From Clostridia bacterium (GTDB lineage Bacteria; Bacillota; Clostridia; Oscillospirales; Acutalibacteraceae): a DNA stretch of 64,000 nt. A program made the translations under genes and the position numbers. Below the pieces are notes generated by a model. The model was not told where the DNA came from, searched no databases, and saw nothing but the letters and a program-made list of their open reading frames with translations. Positions 30,546-39,427 of this stretch are shown one piece after another; within the stretch, counting starts at the first letter, position 1; the number at the start of each line of letters is the position of its first letter. The stretch spans positions 31,553 through 95,552 of the forward strand of contig JAFQRF010000015.1 of NCBI GenBank assembly GCA_017410195.1. Direction: 5' to 3'.

Positions 30546-30792
30546 AAAAAGAGAAATAGCCCTTGACTGATGTTTCTTTACACAATCAATCAAGGGCTAT
30601 TTCTGAGAACTCTTAATATCTAACATCTTTGGATAACCTCTCTTTCTGCAATATTGTCCAATCTTAAATTATCCGATTTTCAGTTTTTCGTTTCTTTTAA
30701 GATTGTAGGTTTGAGACTTTTAAAATTCTTATAAAATTTAAAATTTTGCTGTCTCAGGTTTTTACCTTCTCATTGGTATCACCCTTTCCTTG
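30546..30792 (-). ncRNA. Candidate about 245-nt structured RNA carrying a 3-codon ORF (MRR)
   Basis: TTGAAA-17-TATATT promoter with TG extension (30826-30798); strong SD then ATG AGA AGG TAA; internal stems; 20-bp terminator stem 30552-30604 with U-tract. Confidence 0.45.
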
Positions 30793-30912
30793 ACTATAAT
30801 ATAGCACAGATTTTTGCTGTTTTCAAGATGGAAATTTGTACAAAATTGTTGCTTTTCACTTATGTAAAACATAGAAATTTGTTAAATATGCATACAAATT
30901 TCGGAAATCATA

Positions 30913-30941
30913 TTGACATTGAGCAGATAATGAGTTATCAT
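30913..30941 (+). promoter_or_regulatory. Orphan SigA-like promoter with an overlapping palindrome
   Basis: TTGACA(30913-30918)-17 bp-TATCAT(30936-30941); TAATGA-GTTA-TCATTA palindrome across the -10. Confidence 0.5.
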
Positions 30942-30980
30942 TAAAATGTTGGGGGGTTGCAGAACCCCGCTTTTTTATGC

Positions 30981-31018
30981 AAAAAATGGCTTGTGTGGAT
31001 TGACAGTCCGCACAAGCC
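30981..31018. terminator. Terminator of the malQ-EEP operon (probably bidirectional)
   Basis: GGCTTGTGTGGA...TCCGCACAAGCC stem with A6 on the left and a T-rich right flank. Confidence 0.8.
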
Positions 31019-31027
31019 TTATTTTAT

Positions 31028-31786
31028 TTGTTAAATTTCAACATCCGCATAAATTGCGTTGTGGTCGGAGTAAAAATCTCCGTCAACCATTTTGTTGATA
31101 ACCTTGAAGCTGACGGGCTTTACCGTTGCTTCGTCAACAAAAACGAAGTCTATTCTTTCGTGAATCTCTTCGGGTCTGAAACCGTGGAAGGTATAGCATT
31201 CGTCGCTGTCGGGAGCGAGCTTTCTTGCATCTTTCATATTACCGCTGACCATTGTGTTGTAGCAGTCGGAATTCTGATAGACATTGAAATCGCCCGTGCA
31301 GACAACGGGTACACCGCCGAATGAAGCCGCTTTTTCCTGAATCATCTTTGCACCGTTGATCTGTGCGATTCTGCCGACGTGGTCAAGATGAGTGTTAAAA
31401 TGAATATAGGATTTTCCGTTTTCTTTGTCAGTGAGCTTAACGTATGTTGCAATTCTTGTGCAAGCGGAGTCCCAACCCTTTGAAGGCTTTTCGGGAGTTT
31501 CGGAAATCCAGAAATTTCCGCTGTCGCTTGCTTCAAACTTATCTTTTTTATAGAAAACAGCAGCGAATTCACCGTCTTTGTCGCCGTCATCTCTTCCGAC
31601 GCCTACAAACGAATATTCGGGAAGATTTTTGCAGAGTTCCTGCATCCATTCCCAATGGGCTTCCTGAACGCCGAAGGAATCGGGGTCAGCCTCTTTTATG
31701 ATGCTTATAACCTTTGGTACACGCTTTTTCCAGACCCTCTCGCCCTTGCCTGCGCAGAGAAGATTGAATGAAAGAATTCTGTACAT
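31028..31786 (-). CDS. Endonuclease/exonuclease/phosphatase (EEP) family protein, cytoplasmic
   Basis: ILSFNL, FGVQE, NTHLDH, TGDFN, IDFVF, SDHNAI. Confidence 0.9.
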
Positions 31787-32715
31787 CAGTTTGTACCTCC
31801 GTTAAAGAGAGTCATTTCAACGGTGAGAGGGAAGTGGTCGGATGCGAGGATATGATGGATGAAATCGGAATTGATTGAATAGGATTTTACAGATGAGCAG
31901 TAGCCGTTGACAAAAACAAAGTCAATGGGTTTGTTGTCGGGCATGATAACGTGATAGCCGTGGTAGGTTGCATGGTCATCATATTCTGCCGCCATGTATT
32001 TTGTATCTTTAAGACCTGTTTTGAGGATTGTTTCGTAGTTATACGAGCCTTCGGGGAAGTTGAAGTCGCCTGTCACAACAACGGGAATATCTGGCGCGAT
32101 TTCAGCGATATAAGCCGAAATGAGTGCGATTGATTCAGCCTGAGCAACGCTGCCTACGTGGTCAAGGTGAGTGTTGAAGTGAGCGTATACAAAGCCTGTT
32201 GTCTTATCTTTGAGGATTGCGTATGAGGTTATTCTGTTGCAGGCAGCATCCCAACCCATCGAGGGAACATCGGGAGTTTCGGAAAGCCAGAAGAAGCCTG
32301 AATCAACAAGCTCATACTTGTCCTTGAGATAGAAAATCGCACTTGATTCACCTTCGGAAATGCCGTCATCTCTGTACTTGGCTATGTAAGCATAATCGGA
32401 AAGACCTGCAGCGATGCCTTCAACCCAGTCTTTGTCTGCTTCCTGCAGACCGAATGAATCGGGAACTCCGTTTTGCAGGGTTTCAACGATAAGAGGAAGT
32501 CTGTTTTCGTTAGATCTGAGACCGTCGCCGCTGATTTTGACGTTATATGACATGATTTTCATATCCTGCGAAAGTGCGGCATTTGCAACAGGATTGGGAT
32601 TTACATTCTTGAGCGCCATTGTGGGGTCAATGCCTTCAACAGGGTTTGCGGGAACGAAAGTTGCGATAAGTGCTGTGAAAAAAGCAACAATTTTTTGCAT
32701 TAATTTAAAATACAT
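31786..32715 (-). CDS. EEP family protein with N-terminal signal/anchor
   Basis: Hydrophobic N-terminus KIVAFFTALIATF, MSYNV, GLQE, NTHLDH, TGDFN, IDF, SDHFP. Confidence 0.9.
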   Translation of the reverse strand: MYFKLMQKIVAFFTALIATFVPANPVEGIDPTMALKNVNPNPVANAALSQDMKIMSYNVKISGDGLRSNENRLPLIVETLQNGVPDSFGLQEADKDWVEGIAAGLSDYAYIAKYRDDGISEGESSAIFYLKDKYELVDSGFFWLSETPDVPSMGWDAACNRITSYAILKDKTTGFVYAHFNTHLDHVGSVAQAESIALISAYIAEIAPDIPVVVTGDFNFPEGSYNYETILKTGLKDTKYMAAEYDDHATYHGYHVIMPDNKPIDFVFVNGYCSSVKSYSINSDFIHHILASDHFPLTVEMTLFNGGTN

Positions 32716-32739
32716 ATTTATTACTCCTTTATATTAAGT

Positions 32740-33636
32740 TTATCCGTTAATCATTGTCATTGTTGAAACAACAGGGTGATGGTCGGATGCATAAATTCCA
32801 TTGACCTTTTCGCTGACAACGGCGTAGCTCTCAACCTCACTTACAAATGCGTTTGCAAATACGAAGTCAATGGGTCTGTCTTTTTCAACAAGGTCGGAAT
32901 AGCCGTGATATGTAACATTGCCGCCGCTTGCGGTTTTTGCAAGATATTTTGTATCTTTGAGACCGCTTTCAAGCACTCTTGCATACATATCTTCGCCTTC
33001 ATAGTCATTGAGGTCACCGGTTAAAACAACGGGAATATCGGGTGCGATTTCAGCGATTTTTTCTGCGATTACCGCAACGGATTCGAGCCTTGCAATAACT
33101 CCGAGATGGTCAAAGTGAGCGTTGAAGTGAGCATAGGTGAAGCCGGTATCTTTATCTTTGAGAACAGCGTAGGTGCAAATTCTGTTGAACATTGCATCCC
33201 AGCCCCTTGAAGCTTTCTCAGGAGTCTTTGAAAGCCAGAATGTACCCGAATCAAGCAGATCATACTTATCTTTTTTATAGAAAACGGGGCTTGCTTCACC
33301 GCCGCCTTTGTTTGAATCTCTGCCGATTCCGACGTAAGCATATTCTGTCATAAGAGCAGGAAGTCTTTCCATCCAGCCTTCGTCAGCTTCCTGCAGACCG
33401 AATGAATCAGGATTATATTTGCGGATGTTTTCGGCAACAAGCGGAGTTCTGTTTTCGGGTGATTTTTCGCCTGAGCCTTTGATGTAAACGTTGTAACTCA
33501 TAACGGTTATGCTCTGCGAAAGCTTTGCCTCCGGAAGTGTTTCAGGATTCACCTGAGCCACGGGAGTCGGGGTGTAGAAAAGCATCATAATAGCTGTCAC
33601 CATTGCAAAAAACGCGCTGATAATTTTGTCAATCAT
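32740..33636 (-). CDS. EEP family protein with N-terminal signal/anchor
   Basis: KIISAFFAMVTAIMMLF, MSYNV, GLQE, NAHFDH, TGDLN, IDF, SDHHP. Confidence 0.9.
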   Translation of the reverse strand: MIDKIISAFFAMVTAIMMLFYTPTPVAQVNPETLPEAKLSQSITVMSYNVYIKGSGEKSPENRTPLVAENIRKYNPDSFGLQEADEGWMERLPALMTEYAYVGIGRDSNKGGGEASPVFYKKDKYDLLDSGTFWLSKTPEKASRGWDAMFNRICTYAVLKDKDTGFTYAHFNAHFDHLGVIARLESVAVIAEKIAEIAPDIPVVLTGDLNDYEGEDMYARVLESGLKDTKYLAKTASGGNVTYHGYSDLVEKDRPIDFVFANAFVSEVESYAVVSEKVNGIYASDHHPVVSTMTMING

Positions 33637-33649
33637 TTTTATTTCTCCT

Positions 33650-35173
33650 TTACTTTATATATTCTGCAAGTGCTGAAACATCAAGCTTGTCAATGTTTTT
33701 CGCACCTGAAATCACCTTGAAAACATCCTTGCACATCTTCATGATGCCGCCTTCTTCATCGCTCTCCGAGTTGAGGACGATAATCGGGTCGTGAACACTA
33801 AGACGGATAAGGAACCAGCCGTTTCCGCACGAAGAATCAGCGTTGATACGGATCCCCTCGTGATTGTCATCACATGCCGACCAGCCTGCATGATTCTTGA
33901 CTTCATTTTCAAAAAGCTCAATTATCTTTTCGCCTTCGGGGCGGAAATCGTCACAGAGAATTCTGAAACGGAGTTCTTTTTCTTCCTTTGCCTCACGAAG
34001 CTTGCCGATGAGGTCTTCAAGGCTTGTACCCTGCTTTGAGAGTGCGGCGGCTTCGATAATGAGCTTTGTTATCAGATATGCGCCGTCGTCAAGAAAATAA
34101 TTCTCCGCAAATGCTGCGTGACCCGAGGTTTCCATTGCAAGAGGGCAGTCAATTCCGCTTTCGCAAAGCTCAATCTGCTTGTTGATAACATTGCGGTAGC
34201 CTCTCTTGAAACGCAGATGTTTGCCTCCGTTTGCGGCGATGAATTCCGCAAGGCCGTCGGAAGTTACGCTGTCGGTAACAATCGTGCCGCCGGGGCAGGA
34301 TGAAAGTGCAATCTTTGATGCGAGAGCAACAAGTCGGTTGCGGTTGATTTCGAATCCGCCCTTGCCTACGCAAGCTGCTCTGTCAACATCCGTATCGAAT
34401 ATAACACCGAAATCCGCATCGGCATCTGCGGTTGCCTTTGAAACGCATTCCATTGCCTGAGCATTTTCGGGATTCGGAGCGTGGTTGGGAAAGTTGCCGT
34501 CGGGGTCAAGATAAATGCTTCCCGATGTATCGGCACCAAGGGGCGCAAGCACATCTTTTGCATAGAATCCGCCGACGCCGTTGCCCGCATCAACAACGAT
34601 TTTCATACCCTTGAGAGGATGCTCACGGTCGGTTTTGTCGTCAACACCTTCAATTATCATGTTTCTGAGAATTTCGGCATAACGTGCCATGAAATCGTGC
34701 TTTTCGCATTCGCCGCTTCCGTTGCCGAGCGGAGCTGACATTTCACCTGCCGCCTTGAGAATATCGGCGATATCCGAGCCGTCAAGTCCGCCGTCACGGG
34801 TAAAGAATTTGAGTCCGTTTCTGTCCTTGGGATGATGGCTTGCGGTAATCTGCACCGCACCGTCGCATCCCATCTCAACCGTTGTCATAAACATTGCGGG
34901 GGTTGATGCGAGCGAGCAGTCCGCAACCTTTACCCCGTTTGAGGTAAGAGCCTTTATTACGGCACGTTTTATTCTTTCGGCAGAAAGGCGGCTGTCGTGA
35001 CCGACGGAAACAAAGATATCATCCTTGCCCGTCTTTTTTCTCAGCCATTCTGCAAACGATGCTGCAGAGCGCGTAACCATTTCGTTACTCATATAAAGCG
35101 GATTTGTTTCATCTCCGAGAGCATAGCCTCTTATATCGCTTCCGCTTTTAAATTTTGAATAATCCATAATCAT
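33650..35173 (-). CDS. Phosphomannomutase/phosphoglucomutase (start may be 35167)
   Basis: SGSDIRG, TASHHP phospho-Ser loop, FDTDVDR metal loop, ETSGH. Confidence 0.92.
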   Translation of the reverse strand: MIMDYSKFKSGSDIRGYALGDETNPLYMSNEMVTRSAASFAEWLRKKTGKDDIFVSVGHDSRLSAERIKRAVIKALTSNGVKVADCSLASTPAMFMTTVEMGCDGAVQITASHHPKDRNGLKFFTRDGGLDGSDIADILKAAGEMSAPLGNGSGECEKHDFMARYAEILRNMIIEGVDDKTDREHPLKGMKIVVDAGNGVGGFYAKDVLAPLGADTSGSIYLDPDGNFPNHAPNPENAQAMECVSKATADADADFGVIFDTDVDRAACVGKGGFEINRNRLVALASKIALSSCPGGTIVTDSVTSDGLAEFIAANGGKHLRFKRGYRNVINKQIELCESGIDCPLAMETSGHAAFAENYFLDDGAYLITKLIIEAAALSKQGTSLEDLIGKLREAKEEKELRFRILCDDFRPEGEKIIELFENEVKNHAGWSACDDNHEGIRINADSSCGNGWFLIRLSVHDPIIVLNSESDEEGGIMKMCKDVFKVISGAKNIDKLDVSALAEYIK

Positions 35174-35853
35174 TCACCTTTCGAAAAATATTCGTCGGAT
35201 ACGCTGAGAAGGAATTTATACATTGGTGTATACAGCTTGTATGTACCCCTGATAATCTCTATTATTTTTTCATCTTTAAGGTCATCAAGATCGCCTGAAA
35301 ATGTGATGAAGCCGACATCTTTTGCGTTGTAATATTCTTCAAGCCCTTCGGGACATCCGGGGAAAGGTCTTTTATACTGTCTTTTAAAGAAATATGAGCC
35401 GCTTTTTTTGCACATATCGGCAGCCTTGCGAAATTCATCGGGTCTTTCGCGCAGATTTTTTCTGAATGCTTCAAGCAGACCGGGTTCATCACCGTAGAAG
35501 CCTACGCCCATTGAATATTCACGGGGTGTCACCTCAAACCACATGCACGGATATCCTACCCAGTCGTGCTTCGGGCGCATAAACATAATCCAAATATTTT
35601 CACGGTAAAGGCTTTTATCCTTGGTATAGCGTGTATCGCGTCGCACTCTTGAAACCATTTTTGTGGGTATGGTATTCATAAGAGGATCAACTGCAAGAAG
35701 CTCTTCGCCGATTATGCCTGCAATCTGACGCATCGGCACGGTCACATTGCTTTTGATTTCTTCTTTATGTTCTTCGTAGAACGCTTTCGAATCCCTGAAT
35801 CGGTTATCCGCAAGCAGAAACAGAGCGTCACGGGTTATTCCCTTGTATTCCAT
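35170..35853 (-). CDS. DUF2461-like protein
   Basis: FLLADNRF.DSKAFYEEHK, SRVRRDTRYTKDKSLYR. Confidence 0.75.
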   Translation of the reverse strand: MEYKGITRDALFLLADNRFRDSKAFYEEHKEEIKSNVTVPMRQIAGIIGEELLAVDPLMNTIPTKMVSRVRRDTRYTKDKSLYRENIWIMFMRPKHDWVGYPCMWFEVTPREYSMGVGFYGDEPGLLEAFRKNLRERPDEFRKAADMCKKSGSYFFKRQYKRPFPGCPEGLEEYYNAKDVGFITFSGDLDDLKDEKIIEIIRGTYKLYTPMYKFLLSVSDEYFSKGE

Positions 35854-37119
35854 TTATATCAGCCCTTTCTTTGCAAGACCCTCGGCAGCAAGCATTATTG
35901 CGGTTTTTGCCGAGTGGAAGTTGATTCCGCCCTGCATCCAGACCGCAAACGGCTCACGCAGGGGTGCATCTGCGGAAAGCTCGATTGATGAGCCGAGAAT
36001 AAATGCACCAGCCGCCATAATGACCTTACTGTCATAGCCGGGCATATCCCACGGCTCGGGAGTGACGTAAGAATCAACGGGAGCGCCGCTCTGGATTCCT
36101 CTGCAGAATTCAACGAGTCTTTCTGCATTTTCAAGGCAGAGAGCCTGAATAATATCGTGACGGCTTTCATCACTTGTCGGAGTGACTCTGAAGCCGAGAT
36201 TTTCAAATAATGCCGCCGCAAACACGGCTGCTTTCAGTGCTTCCCCGACAACATGGGGAGCATGGAAAATTCCCATGAACATGTTTCTGTTTTCACCGAG
36301 AGTGCATCCGACCTCTTTGCCGAGACCGGGAGTGGTTGCTCTGTATGCGCAAAGCTCAACAAGATCTTTTCTGCCTGCTATGTAGCCTCCTGTTCTTGCA
36401 ATTGAGCCGCCTGCATTTTTTATCAGCGAACCTGCCATGAGGTCTGCGCCGACCTCGGTAGGCTCGATTTTTTCAACAAGCTCGCCGTAGCAGTTGTCAA
36501 CCATAACAACCGCATCGCTCTTTGAGTGAACAAGCTTTGCGATTTCTCCGATTTCGGCAACCGAAAGAGTGGGGCGCAGGCTGTAACCTCTTGAACGCTG
36601 GATATAAACCATTTTCGGATTCATCTCAAGAGCCTTTTCAATTGCCGCTATATCGGGTCTGTCGTCGCTTCCGAGATCAACCTGAGCATAGTCAACACCG
36701 AATTCTTTGAGCGAACCCATTCCTTCGCCGCTGATGCCGATAACGCTGTGGATTGTGTCATAGGGAGTACCCGTTACGCAGAGCATTGTGTCACCCGGGC
36801 GGAGGACACCGAAAAGCGCAACTGCAAGAGTATGAGTGCCGCAAGTAAAGGTGTGGCGAACGATTGCATCTTCTGCGCCGAAGATATCGGCATAGATTCT
36901 GTCGAGTTTTTCTCTGCCCGAATCGCCGTAGCCGTAACCCGTCGAGCCTGCGAAATCCGCTTCGCTGACTCTGTTTTCAATGAATGCGGAAAGCACCTTC
37001 TGCTGATTATATTCGGTTATATCATCAATTTCATTAAATTTGGATTTCGCCTTTTCAAGGGCGGCATCGCTTGCAATTTTTATTCTTTCGCTTATATCAA
37101 AAAAGTTTTTTAATTTCAT
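35854..37119 (-). CDS. PLP-dependent methionine gamma-lyase/aluminium-resistance (YnbB-like) family protein
   Basis: GSTGYGYGD.GR, CGTHTL, QRSRGYS, DNCYGE, GSLIKNAGG, GSSIELSAD. Confidence 0.88.
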   Translation of the reverse strand: MKLKNFFDISERIKIASDAALEKAKSKFNEIDDITEYNQQKVLSAFIENRVSEADFAGSTGYGYGDSGREKLDRIYADIFGAEDAIVRHTFTCGTHTLAVALFGVLRPGDTMLCVTGTPYDTIHSVIGISGEGMGSLKEFGVDYAQVDLGSDDRPDIAAIEKALEMNPKMVYIQRSRGYSLRPTLSVAEIGEIAKLVHSKSDAVVMVDNCYGELVEKIEPTEVGADLMAGSLIKNAGGSIARTGGYIAGRKDLVELCAYRATTPGLGKEVGCTLGENRNMFMGIFHAPHVVGEALKAAVFAAALFENLGFRVTPTSDESRHDIIQALCLENAERLVEFCRGIQSGAPVDSYVTPEPWDMPGYDSKVIMAAGAFILGSSIELSADAPLREPFAVWMQGGINFHSAKTAIMLAAEGLAKKGLI

Positions 37120-37121
37120 TT

Positions 37122-38564
37122 TTACCTCTTGTAAATTCTGTTGAGTGATTTAAAAAATTCTCTGTCGGCGTTCATAAGCTGGTCTTTTGTCACACGGTAG
37201 CTCCAGTTGCCGTCTGCAACGCCGGGAGTGTTGATTCTTGTGTCCGAGCCGTACATAAGGAAATCCTGAATCGGTATAATCGCAAGGTCGCTGACGCTTG
37301 CAAAAATCGCTCTTAAGAAAAGGGGAGATGCACCGCCCCAGTCGCCGCCCGAAAATCCGCAATAGTCAAGCGCTCTCTTGCGCACGTCGTCACCGCTTTC
37401 CCAAAGAAAGCCGAAAATTGTGTTGTTATCGTGAGTACCCGAATATGCAACGGAGTTTCTGATATAGTTGTGGGGCATATGAATGCTGTTGCCTTCGTCA
37501 AGAAAACCGAACTGGAATACTCTCATTCCGGGGAAACCGCTTTCGTCAACAAGTGTACGCACTTCGTCTGTTATATCGCCAAGATCTTCTGCGATAATGA
37601 GTTTATCTTCATGCCCTTTTTTAATGGCATTAACCAGCTCGATGCCGGGTCCCTTGACCCATTCGCCGTTTCTTGCTGTTTTTTCTTTTGCATCAACCGA
37701 CCAGTATGCTTCAACTGCTCTGAAATGGTCGATTCTTACGCCGTCAAACATATCGAGAGCGTGATCAATTCTCTCTTTCCACCAACCGAAGCCGTCTTTT
37801 TTCAATTCATCCCAATCATAAAGCGGATTGCCCCAGAGCTGACCGTCCTCTGCAAAATAATCGGGCGGCACACCCGCAACCCTTGAGGGATAGCCTTTTT
37901 CGTTGAGTTGAAAAAGGCTTCTGTTTTCCCATACGTCACAGCTGTCGTCCGAAACATAGATGGGAATATCGCCGATAACACTTATGCCTTTTGCATTCGC
38001 ATAATCCTTGACCTTTTTCCACTGCGTAAAGAATTCATATTGAATGAATTTCCACATACCGAGCGTTTCGGTGTCCGAAATTTCATCAGATTCCCATTCC
38101 TGCCAGGGCTTGAGTCCGTTTTGCTCACGCAATGTCATAAAACGGCAGAAAGCTTCTATTCTGGGGTGTTTCTCAATGAATTCATCAACCGCATCGGTGT
38201 TTTCAAGATTTTTATATGCTTTTCTGAGCAGAGGGATTCTTTCCTCAGCGAGCCGTTTATATTCCGCGGAATACGGAGTTTTTTGTTTGCAGTTTTCGAG
38301 GTCATCTTTTGAAATAAGTCCGTCCTCAAAAAGCTTTTCGGGGTCAATGAAATACGGATTCCCCCCGAAAGCGGAGAATGATTTATAGGGGGAATTGTAT
38401 TCATCGGTAACCGTGAACGGCAGAACCTGCCATACGGAAAAACCGTTGTCTTTAAGAAAATCAACGAATTCAAATGCATTCTTTCCAAAGTTACCGATTG
38501 AGTAATCGCCGTAGAGTGAAGAAATGTGCATAAGAATTCCGCTTTGTCGTTTCATAGGGTACAC
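37122..38564 (-). CDS. malQ: 4-alpha-glucanotransferase (GH77)
   Basis: SGILMHISSL, WQVLP, IGDIPIYV, GVPPDYF...GQLWGNP, RIDHFR, AEDLG, THDN, RINTPG. Confidence 0.96.
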   Translation of the reverse strand: MYPMKRQSGILMHISSLYGDYSIGNFGKNAFEFVDFLKDNGFSVWQVLPFTVTDEYNSPYKSFSAFGGNPYFIDPEKLFEDGLISKDDLENCKQKTPYSAEYKRLAEERIPLLRKAYKNLENTDAVDEFIEKHPRIEAFCRFMTLREQNGLKPWQEWESDEISDTETLGMWKFIQYEFFTQWKKVKDYANAKGISVIGDIPIYVSDDSCDVWENRSLFQLNEKGYPSRVAGVPPDYFAEDGQLWGNPLYDWDELKKDGFGWWKERIDHALDMFDGVRIDHFRAVEAYWSVDAKEKTARNGEWVKGPGIELVNAIKKGHEDKLIIAEDLGDITDEVRTLVDESGFPGMRVFQFGFLDEGNSIHMPHNYIRNSVAYSGTHDNNTIFGFLWESGDDVRKRALDYCGFSGGDWGGASPLFLRAIFASVSDLAIIPIQDFLMYGSDTRINTPGVADGNWSYRVTKDQLMNADREFFKSLNRIYKR

Positions 38565-38689
38565 CTTCCATTTTAAATTGATTTCAGTATATCACAAGAA
38601 AAAATAAAAATAAAGTAATTTTATAAAAAACTTGATATTTTCGTCAGCAGATATTAGAATATAAGAAATAAGACTTCGGAGGGGATAAT

Positions 38690-39427
38690 ATGTCAAAAGC
38701 AGTTGAATATTTTGAAAACATACAGAAAATCATGAGCCGAATTATGACGGAGCAAATGGAGAATATAGAAAAAGCCGCAAGAGCGGTTGCAGATACTCTT
38801 GAAAACGGCGGCAGAGTACACGCTTTCGGAACAGGTCATTCGCATATGCTTGCCGAAGAGATTTTTTACCGTGCAGGCGGACTTGTAAATGTCAATCCCA
38901 TTCTCGAATCGGGTCTTATGCTCCACGAAAGCGCCTCAAAAAGCACTGCTCTTGAAAGACTTGAAGGTTACGGCGAAATTATTTTTGACTTTAACAATAT
39001 AAACGAAAAGGATATACTTTTCCTTTTTTCAAATTCAGGCAGAAACGGTGTTGCGATTGACCTTGCCCTCATCGCAAAAGAAAGAGGCGTCAAAACCGTT
39101 GTCATAACAAATATGCTTCACACAATGCAGGGCAAATCAAGGCATTCAAGCGGTAAAAAGCTTTATGAAGCCGGTGATATCGTGATTGATAACTGCGGAT
39201 GCATCGGCGATGCATCGATGACGATTGAAAAAATCGGCAGGAATGTTGCACCCACCTCAACTGCAGCGGGTGCGGCAATTCTCAACGCAATCGAAGCAAG
39301 AGCGGTCGAAATTATGGTTGAGGAAGGTTATATGCCCGAGGTATTCTCAAGCAGCAATGTTGACGGCGGCGACGAGATAAACGAGGCTTACATCAAAAAA
39401 TACAGCGGGGAGATTAAAGCATTATGA
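38690..39427 (+). CDS. SIS-domain protein (UPF0309, Streptomyces NagS-like)
   Basis: FGTGHS, FYRAGGL, ALER, SNSGRN, SRH.SG, IGDA, SNVDGG. Confidence 0.8.
   Translation: MSKAVEYFENIQKIMSRIMTEQMENIEKAARAVADTLENGGRVHAFGTGHSHMLAEEIFYRAGGLVNVNPILESGLMLHESASKSTALERLEGYGEIIFDFNNINEKDILFLFSNSGRNGVAIDLALIAKERGVKTVVITNMLHTMQGKSRHSSGKKLYEAGDIVIDNCGCIGDASMTIEKIGRNVAPTSTAAGAAILNAIEARAVEIMVEEGYMPEVFSSSNVDGGDEINEAYIKKYSGEIKAL

Noticed and set aside
30774-30790. AGGGTGATACCA resembles the T-box motif AGGGTGGTACCGCG
   Set aside because: It has TGAT rather than TGGN, lies right at the predicted TSS with no Stem I upstream, and reads better as an SD before ATG
30946-31098. About 50-codon ORF starting just after the orphan promoter at 30913
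   Set aside because: It runs through two terminator hairpins and antisense into the EEP gene, with no RBS
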